Numbered from the stretch's first letter, positions 45,837-58,804 are shown. The stretch: 64,000 bases of DNA from Auanema rhodensis (GCA_964057225.1 OZ059898.1:14570001-14634000), one strand, 5' to 3'. Numbers and translations: made by a program. The notes: generated by a model not told the origin, from the letters alone.

Positions 45837-48688
45837 TTATTGGACACAATCCTTTGTTACGGGTAACATATAATATTTGGTGCATTGTAATAATGTATTA
45901 CTTAACACTACATTTCTTATGAGGTAAGATAAAAATATTATATTTGCTAATGCTAGTGGTATTGTCATACAAACTCGAACTCCAAATGTAGGGACCCAAG
46001 CTAGAACAATCCATGTACTGCCAATTGCGGTCAAACAAAGTGCCATGCAGCACAGAAGCCGCATAGCTCCTGTTGTTCGCCCTAATCGTATTGTTATGTA
46101 GATATCTGATATTAAGAAGTTGAAAATTACCTGAAAATATGAAAAATATTAAATTTGAAAACGAATGGAAGTTTAAAGGTTGTCAACAGAGAAAGAGAGG
46201 GAGAGAGAAATAAAAGATCAAGAGTTTGGCTGTCTTGTGTACGATGTACAAATGGTTTATGGGATGTTAAATCAATTTCATAAAACTCACTAAGCTGAAC
46301 GAGAAGAAAAACCAGGATGGTACAGGATGGGCAAAACCTGGAGTAATAGCAAAGGCCAATCCAAGTGAGAAAGCTGTCACTACGTAAGGCAAGTACTTAT
46401 ACTCACATGTTGTAATTTTTTCTTTTCGGCTAACTGATTGTGTGGCGAAGAGCACAAACTGAAGATTTTATATTTTTCATTAACGATTAAAGAAAATCAA
46501 CAATTACCTCTCTAAAGGCAAACATAAACGCTGCGACAGTTATTCCACTCAATAAGAGATATTTAGCTGCATCAGGTTCTTTGTATAGTTGTTCCATTTG
46601 AAGACTAAAATTATTTTAAAAAATTGTAAAATCATGTTCTATTATTGCTGGATGTACCGTTCGGATAACCACAAATTATTCAATTCAAATAGTGGATATG
46701 TCCACCATGTCCAAGGCTTGATAGGTCCTAATGTAAAGTGAACGATCTTCGGCTCCAATAGGGTGTGTCCGCCATTAAGATAGTACATACCGATGTCATA
46801 GTTGTATGCAGCAGAAAATCTAAAATATTGAATGTTCAAGTCTTTCTAATTTTTAAAATTTAAAAAGAAAAATTGAAGAGGTATGTGGGTTACCTTCTAA
46901 TATTTGCTTCATATTTTTGTACTCTCGGTGTCTTATCATTGAACATTGGAGCATATTTCAACTCATCAAAATATGAATTGAAAAATCCTTGGTCACCACC
47001 ATCGTATGATTCCAATTTCGATACTTTATCCAATAAGTCCGTATAGACCTATAAATCAATTAAAGTGTTCAAATAAATATATTAAAAGGCCATTTAAAGT
47101 CCAATATATTAACAATAGAAAGCGATTTGACGTATTATTTGTGGATTAGCTTTGCTCAAATTTACTTTTCCATTTCACCACGCAATTTTTCACAAAAAAA
47201 GAAAAGGAATCATGCTGCCTCGCGATGCTATTTCTCTGGCATGGAATCATTAAACTTTCTTCGAACTCATGAAACTAAAGTAAATAAAAACAAACAAGAT
47301 ATATAGGTTCATTCTTTTTTTTCCTTGGCAAGTTGCTCATACTAAAATGAATTTATGAGACATTGTTAAGTGAGTTTCTACACTTGAGTATGTGATGGCT
47401 CTCGGTGTTTCAGATACACGAGTTAGAAAGTAGTTTTTTTTCTGATTTTATCTATTAATCTAATATAAATGTAATTCGGTTATGGTGATATTTTGCTTAA
47501 AAAGAAATATTATGGCACCATATTCTATTGTGCGTCATCATGATAGGAACATGAAGATCAAAGAGTGAACAGATTTTATACTACATAAGTATAAATCTTG
47601 CAAAGAGTGCTGTAATTGAAATTTGAGTTAGAACTTCCTATATGGATGTGAAACATAGATGCGAAACTTCACATGAAAACAGTTGATTTAATTAATTTCG
47701 AACATTTTTCGTTGTTAAACAAGCAGACTTTTGCATTTACTATCTTTCCTTCTAGCTTTTTTCAAATATTATGACGTTTATAGTCCCCCCCCCCCTCTAA
47801 TAATCAGAGAGTTAACATTAGAGCGCGAGAGATGAATTGATTATTGAGTTCTTCCTGAGCAAAACGAAAATTGTTATGTGTTAATTATATATAATATAAC
47901 CAAATTATAATTATTTTAACTTTAATGGTTAAAATTGTCAGAAAAACAAGGAAAAGATTGAATTTTTCAGAGAAATAGCAATTAAGTATTATCAGAGAGA
48001 ATGAGATATTTGGAAATGATAGTATTACGCTTATCAAAAAAAGAAAAGGAGATAATATTTTTGAAAAAAGATGTACCGTCATATTTGGTTTCATAACGAA
48101 GATTCCAGCGTTAAACTTGTCTGAATGGCGGAATGTAGCACAGAAAGAACCGCAGTTGAATGCTGGAGCAAGATCTGACATAGGTAATGTATCGAGATCG
48201 ATGTGGAATAAGGCATCGTATTCGATTAACGACCATAAGCGAATTTTTGTGTACTGTAATAAGATATATCATATATAAAAAGAATGACTAAGCTGTAATT
48301 TACTTGAAACTTAGCTCCAGCATGATTACTCATGTATGGGGAATTGATTTTATGAATTTGGATAACATCCACATCTCGTTCTTTTAATATGTTTATAGTA
48401 GAGTTAGATACATCTTCTGTGGCTAGAATAACGAAAGGAATACTGGGATTAATAGTTTGTAGCCGATAAGCTGAAAACATAAAATTAATGCTGACTCTAA
48501 GCTTCATAAGTTAGGAAATTAGTTTATTGAAAATGAAATTGAAATGGACGGATAAACGAACCTACAACTTTTGCGGGAAGTAAGAAGTTATCACTCGATA
48601 ATATAGAGATGAAAGCATTTTTTGAGCACGTAATTGTGGAAAAAGAACAAAAAATTAAATAAAAATGAAAAATCCTCCACGTAACCAT
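45837..48688 (-). CDS. GT8-family glycosyltransferase, IPUT1/PGSIP6-like with C-terminal TM segments
   Basis: Signal anchor; YTKIRLWSLIEYD, DLD (DxD), FCATFRHSDKFNAGIFVMKP, SYDGGDQGFFNSYF, YNYDIGMY, IVHFTLGPIKPWTWW; hydrophobic C-terminus ending PVTKDCVQ*. Confidence 0.88.
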
Positions 48689-51600
48689 TTACTACCCTTA
48701 TTTCTGAAACAGTAAACAGTAAGTAGGATGAAGCTTAGAATTCTAGACAAGTAATATAATAGACCAATGAATGAAATAGATAAAGAAGATATATAGAAGA
48801 ATTTGTGTCTTTAGTTTCTTACGAATGATATTATCAAGAGATTGATATGTATTTAGGCAAGCATATATAGATGAAGCCAAAGATAGTAAGAACGGCCAAT
48901 CAAACAATATTATTCATTCGCCCATCCTATATTCAAAAGCTATCAAAGTTATATGGAAAGGTGTAATTTTTCTTTCCTTTTTCTCTTCTTTCTTCTATTT
49001 CTTATTCCTCCATTCTCTCTGCTCTTTCTGCCTATCTATCAATCTATTTATATCTAAAGGTATCTTTGTGAACTTTTCCACTGAAAAATTTAACGGCTTG
49101 TCATCATTCAAAGTGTACGGAATGTTGAAGATTACAAGCAAAACTCTCTGATAAACTTCATCTCAATCGTGATAAGAGGAATATGAAAAACGGAGTTTAT
49201 ATGCTGTTAAGAGTTCCTTCTTTCATATTTGGGAGATGAGATTATGGATGATAAGGAAAAATGAATCAATACGAGAAACAAGAGTATTAGAGTTCAGAAG
49301 TAAAATAGCGCAATGATTTAATCAAATTAAGATTTTCACCACGAAGCTCATTTCTCTCAAAAAATTATCAATTGACGGTATACAATCGTATAGTGCCTTC
49401 AGCCATTGAGTCATCTTGTAGTCTGCACAGGCAACTAGACTTCCGCAAACGTTGAGCTTTCATCGTGAAAAGTTCTGGATCAAAATGTGTCATGTGCCGC
49501 GTGAACATTACTAGCTTCACGAGTGCGTGAACAGTCTGCTGCTCATAAGTGATGAAAAATCAAGATGAGATAATAGAAACACTGATGAAATCATCTGGTA
49601 CAATGTTAATAACTAGCTTAAACTTAAGTTTTATATATGATTAGAGAAACATGTAATTAGTTAATGATGACGAGTAAAGATTTTTTCTGTCTTAGTAAGC
49701 AAAATATGAATGAATCACGAACTGCTCACGACACACAAGCTCTAACACTAACTATACTATGCAATTGAGAAGGAGAGATAGAGCTAGCTAGAGAGAGAGA
49801 GAAGGAGACAAAATTTGAGAGAAAAAGACTAAGAAAAACCAAAAGTCAAGTAAAATTCATTTCAGACTTATGTGGGTGCATGTAGAATGAAATAGTTGTT
49901 TAGCACATTTTAAAGATAACAGAATATAAATACTGATCATATAAGAATCAATGTACATCTTAATAAACTCAAATTATATGAAAATAACAGAAATAAAAGA
50001 ATGAAAGACGAGAAATAGACAGTAATTTGGAAGCAGATTTGTTCATAATTTCATAAGTTGTTTCGTCCTTTTTTTAAGAAAAACTAGTAAACAAAGCAAG
50101 AAATAGAATGGTGAGAATTTGAATTCAGAATATAACTAGTTGTAGACCTTTATATTAGTATATATATAATGAATAAAAATATAGATTCTTGCATAAAGAT
50201 TCACAAAAAAAGTAGAAAATATGGAATAATTTGAGGAAACATTCAGTTCAAATAGTTTGAGCTATACATTTACTAGAAGGTGCGAGGTTAGGAGTTGGAA
50301 TGGGAATCAGAATTTTATGGAAAGTGCTGATCAGAATAGAATAGTGTAGAGGTGTCGAAGATATGAAACTAATAGAGTTAAGCTGTCTTATTGATATCCA
50401 AACAGAATCAAGCACAAAATCAAATAGGAAGAGAGAATAGGGTGAGGAAAATAGGCTTTTGCAGCCTTTTTTTGTGCTTGAATTGAGAACGAATGTGTAG
50501 TCGGCATGTCGACTTCAAGGGCAGGTTTTCAGGAATAAAATATTTGTTTTAGAAGATTTGTACTTAAAAGAGAAAAATTTTGAAAAAATAAAAGTTTTAT
50601 AAATGGTATAAAATGAAAAAAAACTAAGATAGGAAAGAGAGAGAGAGAGAAGTAGAGAAGGATTGAAGACATTCTTCTGAATGAAATTGGCGATATGAAT
50701 GTTGGAGAATTGATTTAAAAAATTAATTTTTCGCAAAAAAAAAACGATAGGTGTTTGAGATGAAAGAGACGACTTTGTTAATAAATAAATCAAATAATCA
50801 ATGTTATACTTAAAGAAGGATTTTATTTCTATAAATATATTACCAAGCTATTCTATTGATTACTGATATTCAAAGAAAATAGATACATATGAATGTATGT
50901 ATGTAAGTACGCAAGATGATGGTTGATGATGGCTGATTGATGAAAAGAAAAAATGTTTATATTTACTTTTGCTGGAAAATAGTTTATGAACGAAATAGAA
51001 AAGATTTTTTTTTGGACTTTGTGAAGGGGTTGAACATGAAAAGGAGCAAAGAATCTGAATACACAAGAGCAACAGGACAACCACAGACGAACGATTTTAT
51101 GAGAAAAGAGGAACTGATCCAGAGGGCACTCAACGGCCGATGGCTGGTCGTTAGGGCTTAAAGAGAGAGAGAGAGAGAGAGAGAGAGGGGGAGGGGGAAA
51201 ATAAGTAAAATATTGACGAAACTGTGGAGTACAAGGAGGAAGAGTCTAAGGGTAAAAAAAGGAATAGCAACAGACAGCATAGATTATAAGAATGACTCAT
51301 CGATATGGTATAGAGAAAATAGTTTCCTATCAAAACTCCTCTCTTATAAATTGCTCTTACTCTGTCTCTCTCTCTATCTATCTATCTACTTGCACTAGTA
51401 TTGTACTGGTTCACATGTATTCGCACCTTCTAGACGGTATAAATGAGTCTTATGAGCACCATAAATAGATATATTCTTGTTTTTTTCCTTAAAAGACGAC
51501 TATTGATTGACTGAAATATGTGATTTATAGCAGATTCTATGTATATAAGTGACTAATCTAACAATTTTCATGAATCAAACCTATGATTGAGGTCTCATCA

Positions 51601-52833
51601 ATGAATTAATGGTTTAGGTTTTTCGTTTTTCTATTTATAAACATAATGATTTCACAATTATTTCTATTTTCAAGCAAAAAAAGTAATCTTATCACGTAAG
51701 CAAGGAACAAATAAATAACTGGATTTGAAGAGTGAAAAGAATCAAGTTAAAACAAAGTATTTATAGGTTATATAGTTAAGAAAATTATTAATATTCAATG
51801 AAAAAAGGATTATTTCAATCATAATTCTTAAGTGAAATAATTTATTTGAAGTGCTTATCGTCAATATTCAACGACCAAACAAAGCGAATGAAAAATGTGT
51901 GAACTAGTGTATGATACACATACGCATACCAGCATACAACTAAGGAAATATAAGAACTTGCTGACGAGAAATGGAGAGAGATATGGAGAGAGAGGGAGAA
52001 TAGTGTGAGCGAGCGAGTGAAATGAAGCAATCGTGAGCTATTAAGAGAGTGATAGGTTAGAGTTGAGACTGTCTAAACCGGAAACAGACTGAAAGTCAAT
52101 GAACATTTTGTTTGGCTGAGACAAAATAATTTTTTGGAGCCTTACGTACATTGAATGCAACTTGTTGCTCTTGAACCTGAACATAGTGCATTATGGTTGA
52201 GGTGAAATTCAAATAAACGTCAATGGTGCGACAATACTGCGGACAAGCAGTCTACTGTTCTAGGTTGAAAAGAAGTTTTTACATGAGCAACAATGACGTT
52301 GTGTCGAGAAGAAGGGGTTGAAAGGTTGAAAAGAAAAGTGGTTGTTAGGTCATATGGATGATCTAATATGCGAGAGATTAGATGAAGTACAAAGGTAAAT
52401 TCAATTAATGTGTGTGTGTTTTTGTTGAAATAAGCAATGCTGCAGAAGGGAGATAAGATGAATTCCAGCAGTATCTGCTTAATTTGTTCAGAAATCAATG
52501 TAACACACAATAATATCAATGAGGAATGTGCGACAGAGTTTGAAGCATTTAAAGTCGTTTCGGACGCTTCTCTGTTTTCATCGTTCTCTCTATATATTCG
52601 TTCGTTGTCTCTCCCTCACTTCGTGCCCTCACATTCTCTCTGTTTTAGTCATTTCTTGCTTTCAACAAACATAGTATCAACATGGCGACAACGAAATAAT
52701 CGTCTCCCTCGACTACAGTCATCTTTACCATCTTATGTTTCTCATAGATCACCTATGAATCAGTTATATCAGAAGCTTATAAATTATTTTAAAAGATAAA
52801 TGGACAGATATTTATACGAATTTAGAAAGAGAG

Positions 52834-52836
<3 letters not shown>

Positions 52837-52872
<36 letters not shown>
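52837..52872. repeat. (AG)n microsatellite
   Basis: Read directly. Confidence 0.95.
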
Positions 52873-52875
<3 letters not shown>

Positions 52876-54975
52876 ACAGCGAGAGAGAGATTAGGTTAGA
52901 TAGACTATAGAGCAAGAAAGATATTATCGGAGAAAACCAAATGAAATTCGAAGTAGTATGAGCGAGAAATACGAGAAAATTACATAAAGATTAAGGTAAA
53001 CGGTACGGAAGAATAAGCTATTGTTAAGATGGCCGAGAAGTAGTTGTTGTTGATAATGAGGAACTATTTGCCTGATGCCCATTGTAACAAATTGATTTTC
53101 AAATAAAAAAAAAGTGTGAGAGAAGTGATTTTCTATTTCATTTTCGTTCACAAAAGTATTCATAGACTCCATAAATAACATAAGGTATAATCAATAATCG
53201 TATCTATGTATCAATATAAAAATAAAAAAAAACTAAAGATGGTATTGCTTTCCAAGAAAAAATAAATGTTTGATCAATAAAAAATGAGGAAGAAAGATAT
53301 TAATTTGATTTGCTTTGAAATAAAAAGCATATTAATAGGAATAATTGTAAAAATTAGAATATTTCAATTAGCATATAAGGTCCACGAGCTCAATTGACGT
53401 TTTATTTTTAAATTCAATTTTGATGAAATCGGTTGTTTATATGAAATATATTGCTTAAATTATAAATACATATAAAAATATAATATAATGAATAAAATTA
53501 AAAATATATCTTTATAAAAATTAAAATAAGCAGAAAACGTAGTAATAATGTAATGTGCATCATAAACATTTGTAATACATATACACATGTAGTTTGAAAT
53601 ACAGATTATTAAGATTGATTGAATGAATGAACTTAATATTTACTATATGTATATATTACCAGTCATTCGTTTTGTTAATTTAAATTTAAGCCAATATACT
53701 TATGATGGGAAAAGTATGGGAGAAATATCACGACAAATGGCTTCATGTTTCTTGGTTACAACATCTATCTCCCCTAGCAACAGAAGCATGAATTAAATTG
53801 AAAAATAGAGTTTTTCATGAAAATTTGAGTGATTGCCTTTTTAACTTTGATATTTTGTTGCCTTTTGCTATTGAAAATTGTCAGGAAACGAGTAGCAACA
53901 TGAATTTTAAATACAAAAAGAATAATTGAACTGATGAAGTGTGCTAAAGCTTTTTTAAAAATATAATAAGTATATAGAATATAATTTTTTAATTTTTCAA
54001 AATATAAAATGAAAAAAAAATGAAAGTTGAAGGCTTAATATTACATCGAAATTCATCTACATATGCTTAAGGAAATTCAATATGATTAGGTAACAACATA
54101 CATAGATGACGTGAGTGAGAATAAATTATTTATTTATAAATATTGCTCTGAATTTTAAAAAAATCAAGGATATACATATGTATACGCATAGTATATTAAA
54201 GTATAATATACTTATTAGAGTTTGAGTATATTGTATGATTTAAATGATGTTTTTATACTTGTGAATTATAAAATTGTATAAAAAAGATAAAAATAGTAGA
54301 AAAGAAGGAAATATAGAGAAATGAATTATGGACGAACCGATCTTTAACTGATGATATTAAAGTGCCAGAGGAGTATACGTGCTTTGTGCGGACACTCATT
54401 TGATATGAGAGGGTATCAAATGATAACAATTGAACAGTAATATATATCAAATTTTGAATTTTCCTTTGATTATATTACGTTTTCCTACTATCTTGTCAAA
54501 TTTGTCATGGATTGTTATTTAAAAAATATGGGAATTAAATATGATCAGCTAGATTTAACATCAAACTAACGTTATATGTGCATGTTTTATAAGAACATTT
54601 TGAAAAACTACGGTTTTAATATGATTTGAAACTTTAGATATGAAATGATTTGTTTAATAGTCATGCACACAGGTGCTGGTTCATTGCGTTCCCTTATCAT
54701 CAAGTACTATCAGAGAGTCGATGATGAAGACTCACGTAGGTAGGAGAGGGAAATCCAAACAAGAGTGAGAACAACAGGGTATGAGGAAGAGCGAGGAGGA
54801 AGTAATTACTTGAAAACCACCTAAATTTATTAATTTTAAATTTTCGTACACTTTAAGCTAATTTTATATTTTTTTAAAAATTACGTGTCTTTTTTATTAA
54901 ACTGAACTGCTGCGTTTTGCAATTTCAAATAATATACATCAGAGCGTCATGTGGCTCGAAGATAAATGAAACAGG

Positions 54976-55047
54976 TCCCATGTGGTCTAGTGGTTAGGAT
55001 TCGTGGTTTTCACCCACGCGGCCCGGGTTCGATTCCCGGCATGGGAA
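54976..55047 (+). tRNA. tRNA-Glu(TTC)
   Basis: TCCCATG/CATGGGA acceptor stem, A-box TGGTCTAGTGG, anticodon arm CGTGG-TT TTC AC-CCACG, B-box GGTTCGATTCC, TTTT terminator just downstream; unique 5' flank. Confidence 0.97.
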
Positions 55048-55240
55048 GCCATCTTTTGGCATCTTCTCTTCTGAATTTCCATATTTTGAAATCAGCTCTC
55101 TTCTAAATCTCTTTTCTGCTTTTAATCGTTTTGTTAGAAGATAATACGGGACCAATTCATCGTTGTTACTTCCTTTGTTGCTTATTCACTTCCTTCAGGA
55201 AAATGATAGAAGAAGTAGTATCATAAGAACAGTTAACGTG

Positions 55241-55312
55241 TCCCATGTGGTCTAGTGGTTAGGATTCGTGGTTTTCACCCACGCGGCCCGGGTTCGATTC
55301 CCGGCATGGGAA
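55241..55312 (+). tRNA. tRNA-Glu(TTC)
   Basis: Identical 72-nt copy. Confidence 0.96.
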
Positions 55313-55505
55313 ACCATATTTTGGCATCTTCTCTTCTGAATTTCCATATTTTGAAATCAGCTCTCTTCTAAATCTCTTTTCTGCTTTTAATCTTATTGTT
55401 AGAAGTTAATACGGGGCCGATTCATCGTTGTTACTTCCCTTGTTCCTTACTCACTTCCTCGAGGTAAATGATAGAAGAAGTAGTATCATAAGAACAGTTG
55501 ACGTG

Positions 55506-55577
55506 TCCCATGTGGTCTAGTGGTTAGGATTCGTGGTTTTCACCCACGCGGCCCGGGTTCGATTCCCGGCATGGGAA
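55506..55577 (+). tRNA. tRNA-Glu(TTC)
   Basis: Identical 72-nt copy. Confidence 0.96.
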
Positions 55578-55713
55578 GCCATCTTTTGGCATCTTCTCTT
55601 CTGAATTTCCATATTTTGAAATCAGCTCTCTTCTAAATCTCTTTTCTGCTTTCAATCTTATTGTTAGAAGTTAATACGGGACCAAATCATCATTGTTCCT
55701 CACGTGGTGCAAC

Positions 55714-55765
55714 TCCTTGTTGGCCTAGTGGTTAAAATTTTTGTTTTGCCCTCACGCAGACCGAG
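55714..55765 (+). pseudogene. Decayed tRNA-Glu-like relic
   Basis: TCCTTGTTGGCCTAGTGGTTAAAATTTTTGTTTTGCCCTCACGCAGACCGAG aligns by eye to positions 1-52 of the array tRNA; no intact B-box. Confidence 0.6.
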
Positions 55766-56099
55766 AAACTTTGTTTTCGCTTTACCTGTTCTTGGTTTTT
55801 TTCCATTTTGAGCTTTCGTTCCTCTTAGATCTATCAGATCAGCCGTAACGAGGAATGGACCTAAACACCATTCTCTATACGAAGTTTTGATATCTTTCTT
55901 TCGCATACAAATATTTGAAAATATTTCATAGTCAACGATTGAATATTCTAGAAAACATCTTATTTGTATTAAATTTTTCATAGAGTAAGCGCAAATGATT
56001 AAAAAAGGTTAAACATGAATTAGTATGGTAATTACAATTTGAAAGAGAAAATTGAAGTAGAATTATCCAGAAATTAAAAAACTTATTACCTTTCATATT

Positions 56100-57854
56100 T
56101 CATAAACAAAAATATTTTAGATGTACAATAAATGATACGAAAATTGTATAATAACTGTCATATATTTGAAGCATACAATTTATGATTGTGATTTGACGGA
56201 ACTTGCTCTGAAATATTAAAACTAAATGAAAATATATGAGAATACTATTGAAAAAATACTGAATGTTCAGAACACTATTCTTTCCAGAAACAAAAGAATA
56301 CATAGTTGTTCGATGATTTTTATCTAATATCAAATATGCTATTGTATAGAAACTGGTACTTAATCCAAATGAAGCCAATAATATCTGGTAAGCAACTTAA
56401 AGATTCATTTTTTATAAGCAAATAGTTTTTATAAACAATCTATTATATATAAGTTACTTTTTGGTATTTCATAATATTGATTTAAATAATCGGCCACATA
56501 ACGAAGACTAAAACATGTCATTGTTATAAAGGTCTTAAAATATAAATTATGGACCGTATTGTTATTATAAACTACTTGACAAAACAGTGATTTTAAAACT
56601 CTAAGATGATGATTATTAGATGATGTTGAACTAATTGACTGTTTTCTTTTGATAGCACGAACAATAAGAACAGTACATACTAATATCATCTAAATTATAA
56701 AATTTAAAAAATAATATTTAGGCGTTGATACACTTTTGTCACAACCCCTTTTCCTCCCCCCACTGTATATTAGCATTTGGGCATGCTTTAAATTTTTTAA
56801 GCATGAACCAGCTTGCATGTCTCTAACTTGGTAGTTCAGGAAGTGCTATCCTACTTATGCAAAAAGATTGAAGAAGAAAATGAAATTTCTAGAGAATTTA
56901 TTTCAAACGTAATGTCTTATTTGGATGATGAACACCAAGCCGAGTAATTTTTTAAAATTAACTTTTGCGCCCAAACTTATGATGGGGGCAATAGGGCAGG
57001 AAGTTCGGAGTAAAAGTGTACCAACTCCTATAAATATATAATATGTAAATATACATTTAAACTTACAAATATAGTTAAAGCTGGTGAGGCAAAGAGTAAT
57101 AAATCCCGTACTTTACCAATATTAGTGTCAGTATTAAGAATGAAATATGATCTCTGTTCAAAATATTTAATTTGTGATTGCGTAAACTAAAGTGAAACAA
57201 TAATTTTTAAAAAAATAAATCGATAATCTAACATTATATTTCATATATTCAAATGTTTTATCATTATCAATTGATAATGAGGCCATAGCACAAGGTGTTA
57301 TTGTATCAAATAATAATAAAATAATAAAAATAATATAAATTGAATACTTTTTCTAAAATATAATTAATCTAAGGATTATTTATATAAAATTATTGGTATA
57401 CGTTGATGATATGTTCTGTACTTGATACAGCTTGTAGACGATATACAAATGATAAATTGAGAAAATCTTGAAACAAACCAAGAAAAAAAGAAAAAAATAG
57501 AAAAGCTGTTTGACATGAACAACCAATCAGATAAATATATCCCTCACAATAAACTATATCATATTTAATTTCAGGGTAAAATTTACTAAAATATGACCAA
57601 GTGATCGCTAGAGCAAACAGAGAAAGCTTCAACTTTTCAATTAAATTTAAAACTTGAATTAAAACTTGAATCACCTGTTGACCGTATATGGATACTTTAT
57701 ATCGACGTACTTCATGAGTTTTAGGCGTTTTTAATGAAACAAAGATAAATAAGCTTATAGTTAATGTATCTAGCAGTGAAACTGTATTTTGCAAAAATAT
57801 ATAAAATGAATTAGCGGGTATAGTATTGCCTCTAGTATATGTATCAGAAAACAT
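56100..57854 (-). CDS. Nematode 7TM chemoreceptor (Str superfamily, Srh/Sri-like); possibly pseudogene
   Basis: Hydrophobic exons with ..FVSLKTPKTHEVRRYKVSI, LSFVYRLQAV, HHLRVLKSLFCQ, TM7-like YYTIFVSFIVHLKY followed immediately by TGA at 56100. Confidence 0.65.
56719..57030. mobile_element. Degenerate MITE-like inverted-repeat element in chemoreceptor intron
   Basis: Left end TAGGCGTTGATACACTTTT vs reverse complement of right end TAGGAGTTGGTACACTTTT (17/19); TA at both ends; weaker internal mirror (CCCCC..TTTGGGC..GCTTG). Confidence 0.65.
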
Positions 57855-58184
57855 TCAACTAATTTATCGAGGGGATCTTTTTGCTATAGGAATTTTTCAT
57901 ATTTTTCAACATCTCGTTCAAAACCATGTAAACGGATTTGATGAACAACAATAATTTTTTTCGCAAAACAAATACAAATTCTATTTTTTATGGAAAATGA
58001 ATTATAACACATAACACATGCAGCTATATGTATTATGATTTTCAATCTGAATGCATATATAATTGATAGAATTTCTATCCTCATCATAAATAATACAATG
58101 TTTCCAAACAAACTGTTCTTTTCAGTTTTATCCCCTCCCATCCCTTCTGAATTCGAGTCCTTAATAGATGCTTATAATTCGGTA

Positions 58185-58221
58185 TGAAAACCACGAATAC
58201 TAACCACTAGACCACATGGGA
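58185..58221 (-). pseudogene. Inverted 5' half (nt 1-37) of tRNA-Glu(TTC)
   Basis: Reverse complement of TCCCATGTGGTCTAGTGGTTAGtATTCGTGGTTTTCA, with 44 nt of the unit's upstream spacer also inverted (58222-58265). Confidence 0.9.
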
Positions 58222-58467
58222 CACGTTAACTGTCCTTATGATACTACTTCTTCTATCATTTACCTGTATGGGAAGTCATCTTTTGGCATCTTCTCTTCTG
58301 AATTTCCATAATTTGAAATCAGCTCTCTTCTAAATCTCTTGTCTGCTTTTAATCGTTTTGTTAGAAGTTAATACGGGACCAATTCATCGTTGTTACTTCC
58401 CTTGTTCCTTACTCACTTCCTCGAGGTAAATGATAGAAGAAGTAGTATCATAAGAACAGTTAACGTG

Positions 58468-58539
58468 TCCCATGTGGTCTAGTGGTTAGGATTCGTGGTT
58501 TTCACCCACGCGGCCCGGGTTCGATTCCCGGCATGGGAA
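58468..58539 (+). tRNA. tRNA-Glu(TTC)
   Basis: Array copy. Confidence 0.96.
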
Positions 58540-58732
58540 GCCATCTTTTGGCATCTTCTCTTCTGAATTTCCATATTTTGAAATCAGCTCTCTTCTAAAT
58601 CTCTTTTCTGCTTTTAATCGTTTTGTTAGAAGTTAATACGGGACCAATTCATCGTTGTTACTTCCCTTGTTGCTTACTCACTTCCTCGAGGTAAATGATA
58701 GAAGAAGTAGTATCATAAGAACAGTTAGCGTG

Positions 58733-58804
58733 TCCCATGTGGTCTAGTGGTTAGGATTCGTGGTTTTCACCCACGCGGCCCGGGTTCGATTCCCGGCATG
58801 GGAA
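58733..58804 (+). tRNA. tRNA-Glu(TTC)
   Basis: Array copy. Confidence 0.96.

Larger units (their letters stand above)
54976..55697 (+). repeat. 265-bp tRNA-Glu tandem repeat, left segment (3 genes)
   Basis: Same unit as main array; tRNA starts at 54976, 55241, 55506. Confidence 0.97.

Noticed and set aside
54967-54974. piRNA Ruby motif CTGTTTCA on minus strand next to the first tRNA
   Set aside because: Single occurrence, not repeated in array units; scattered copies elsewhere are plausible by chance given frequent TTTCA
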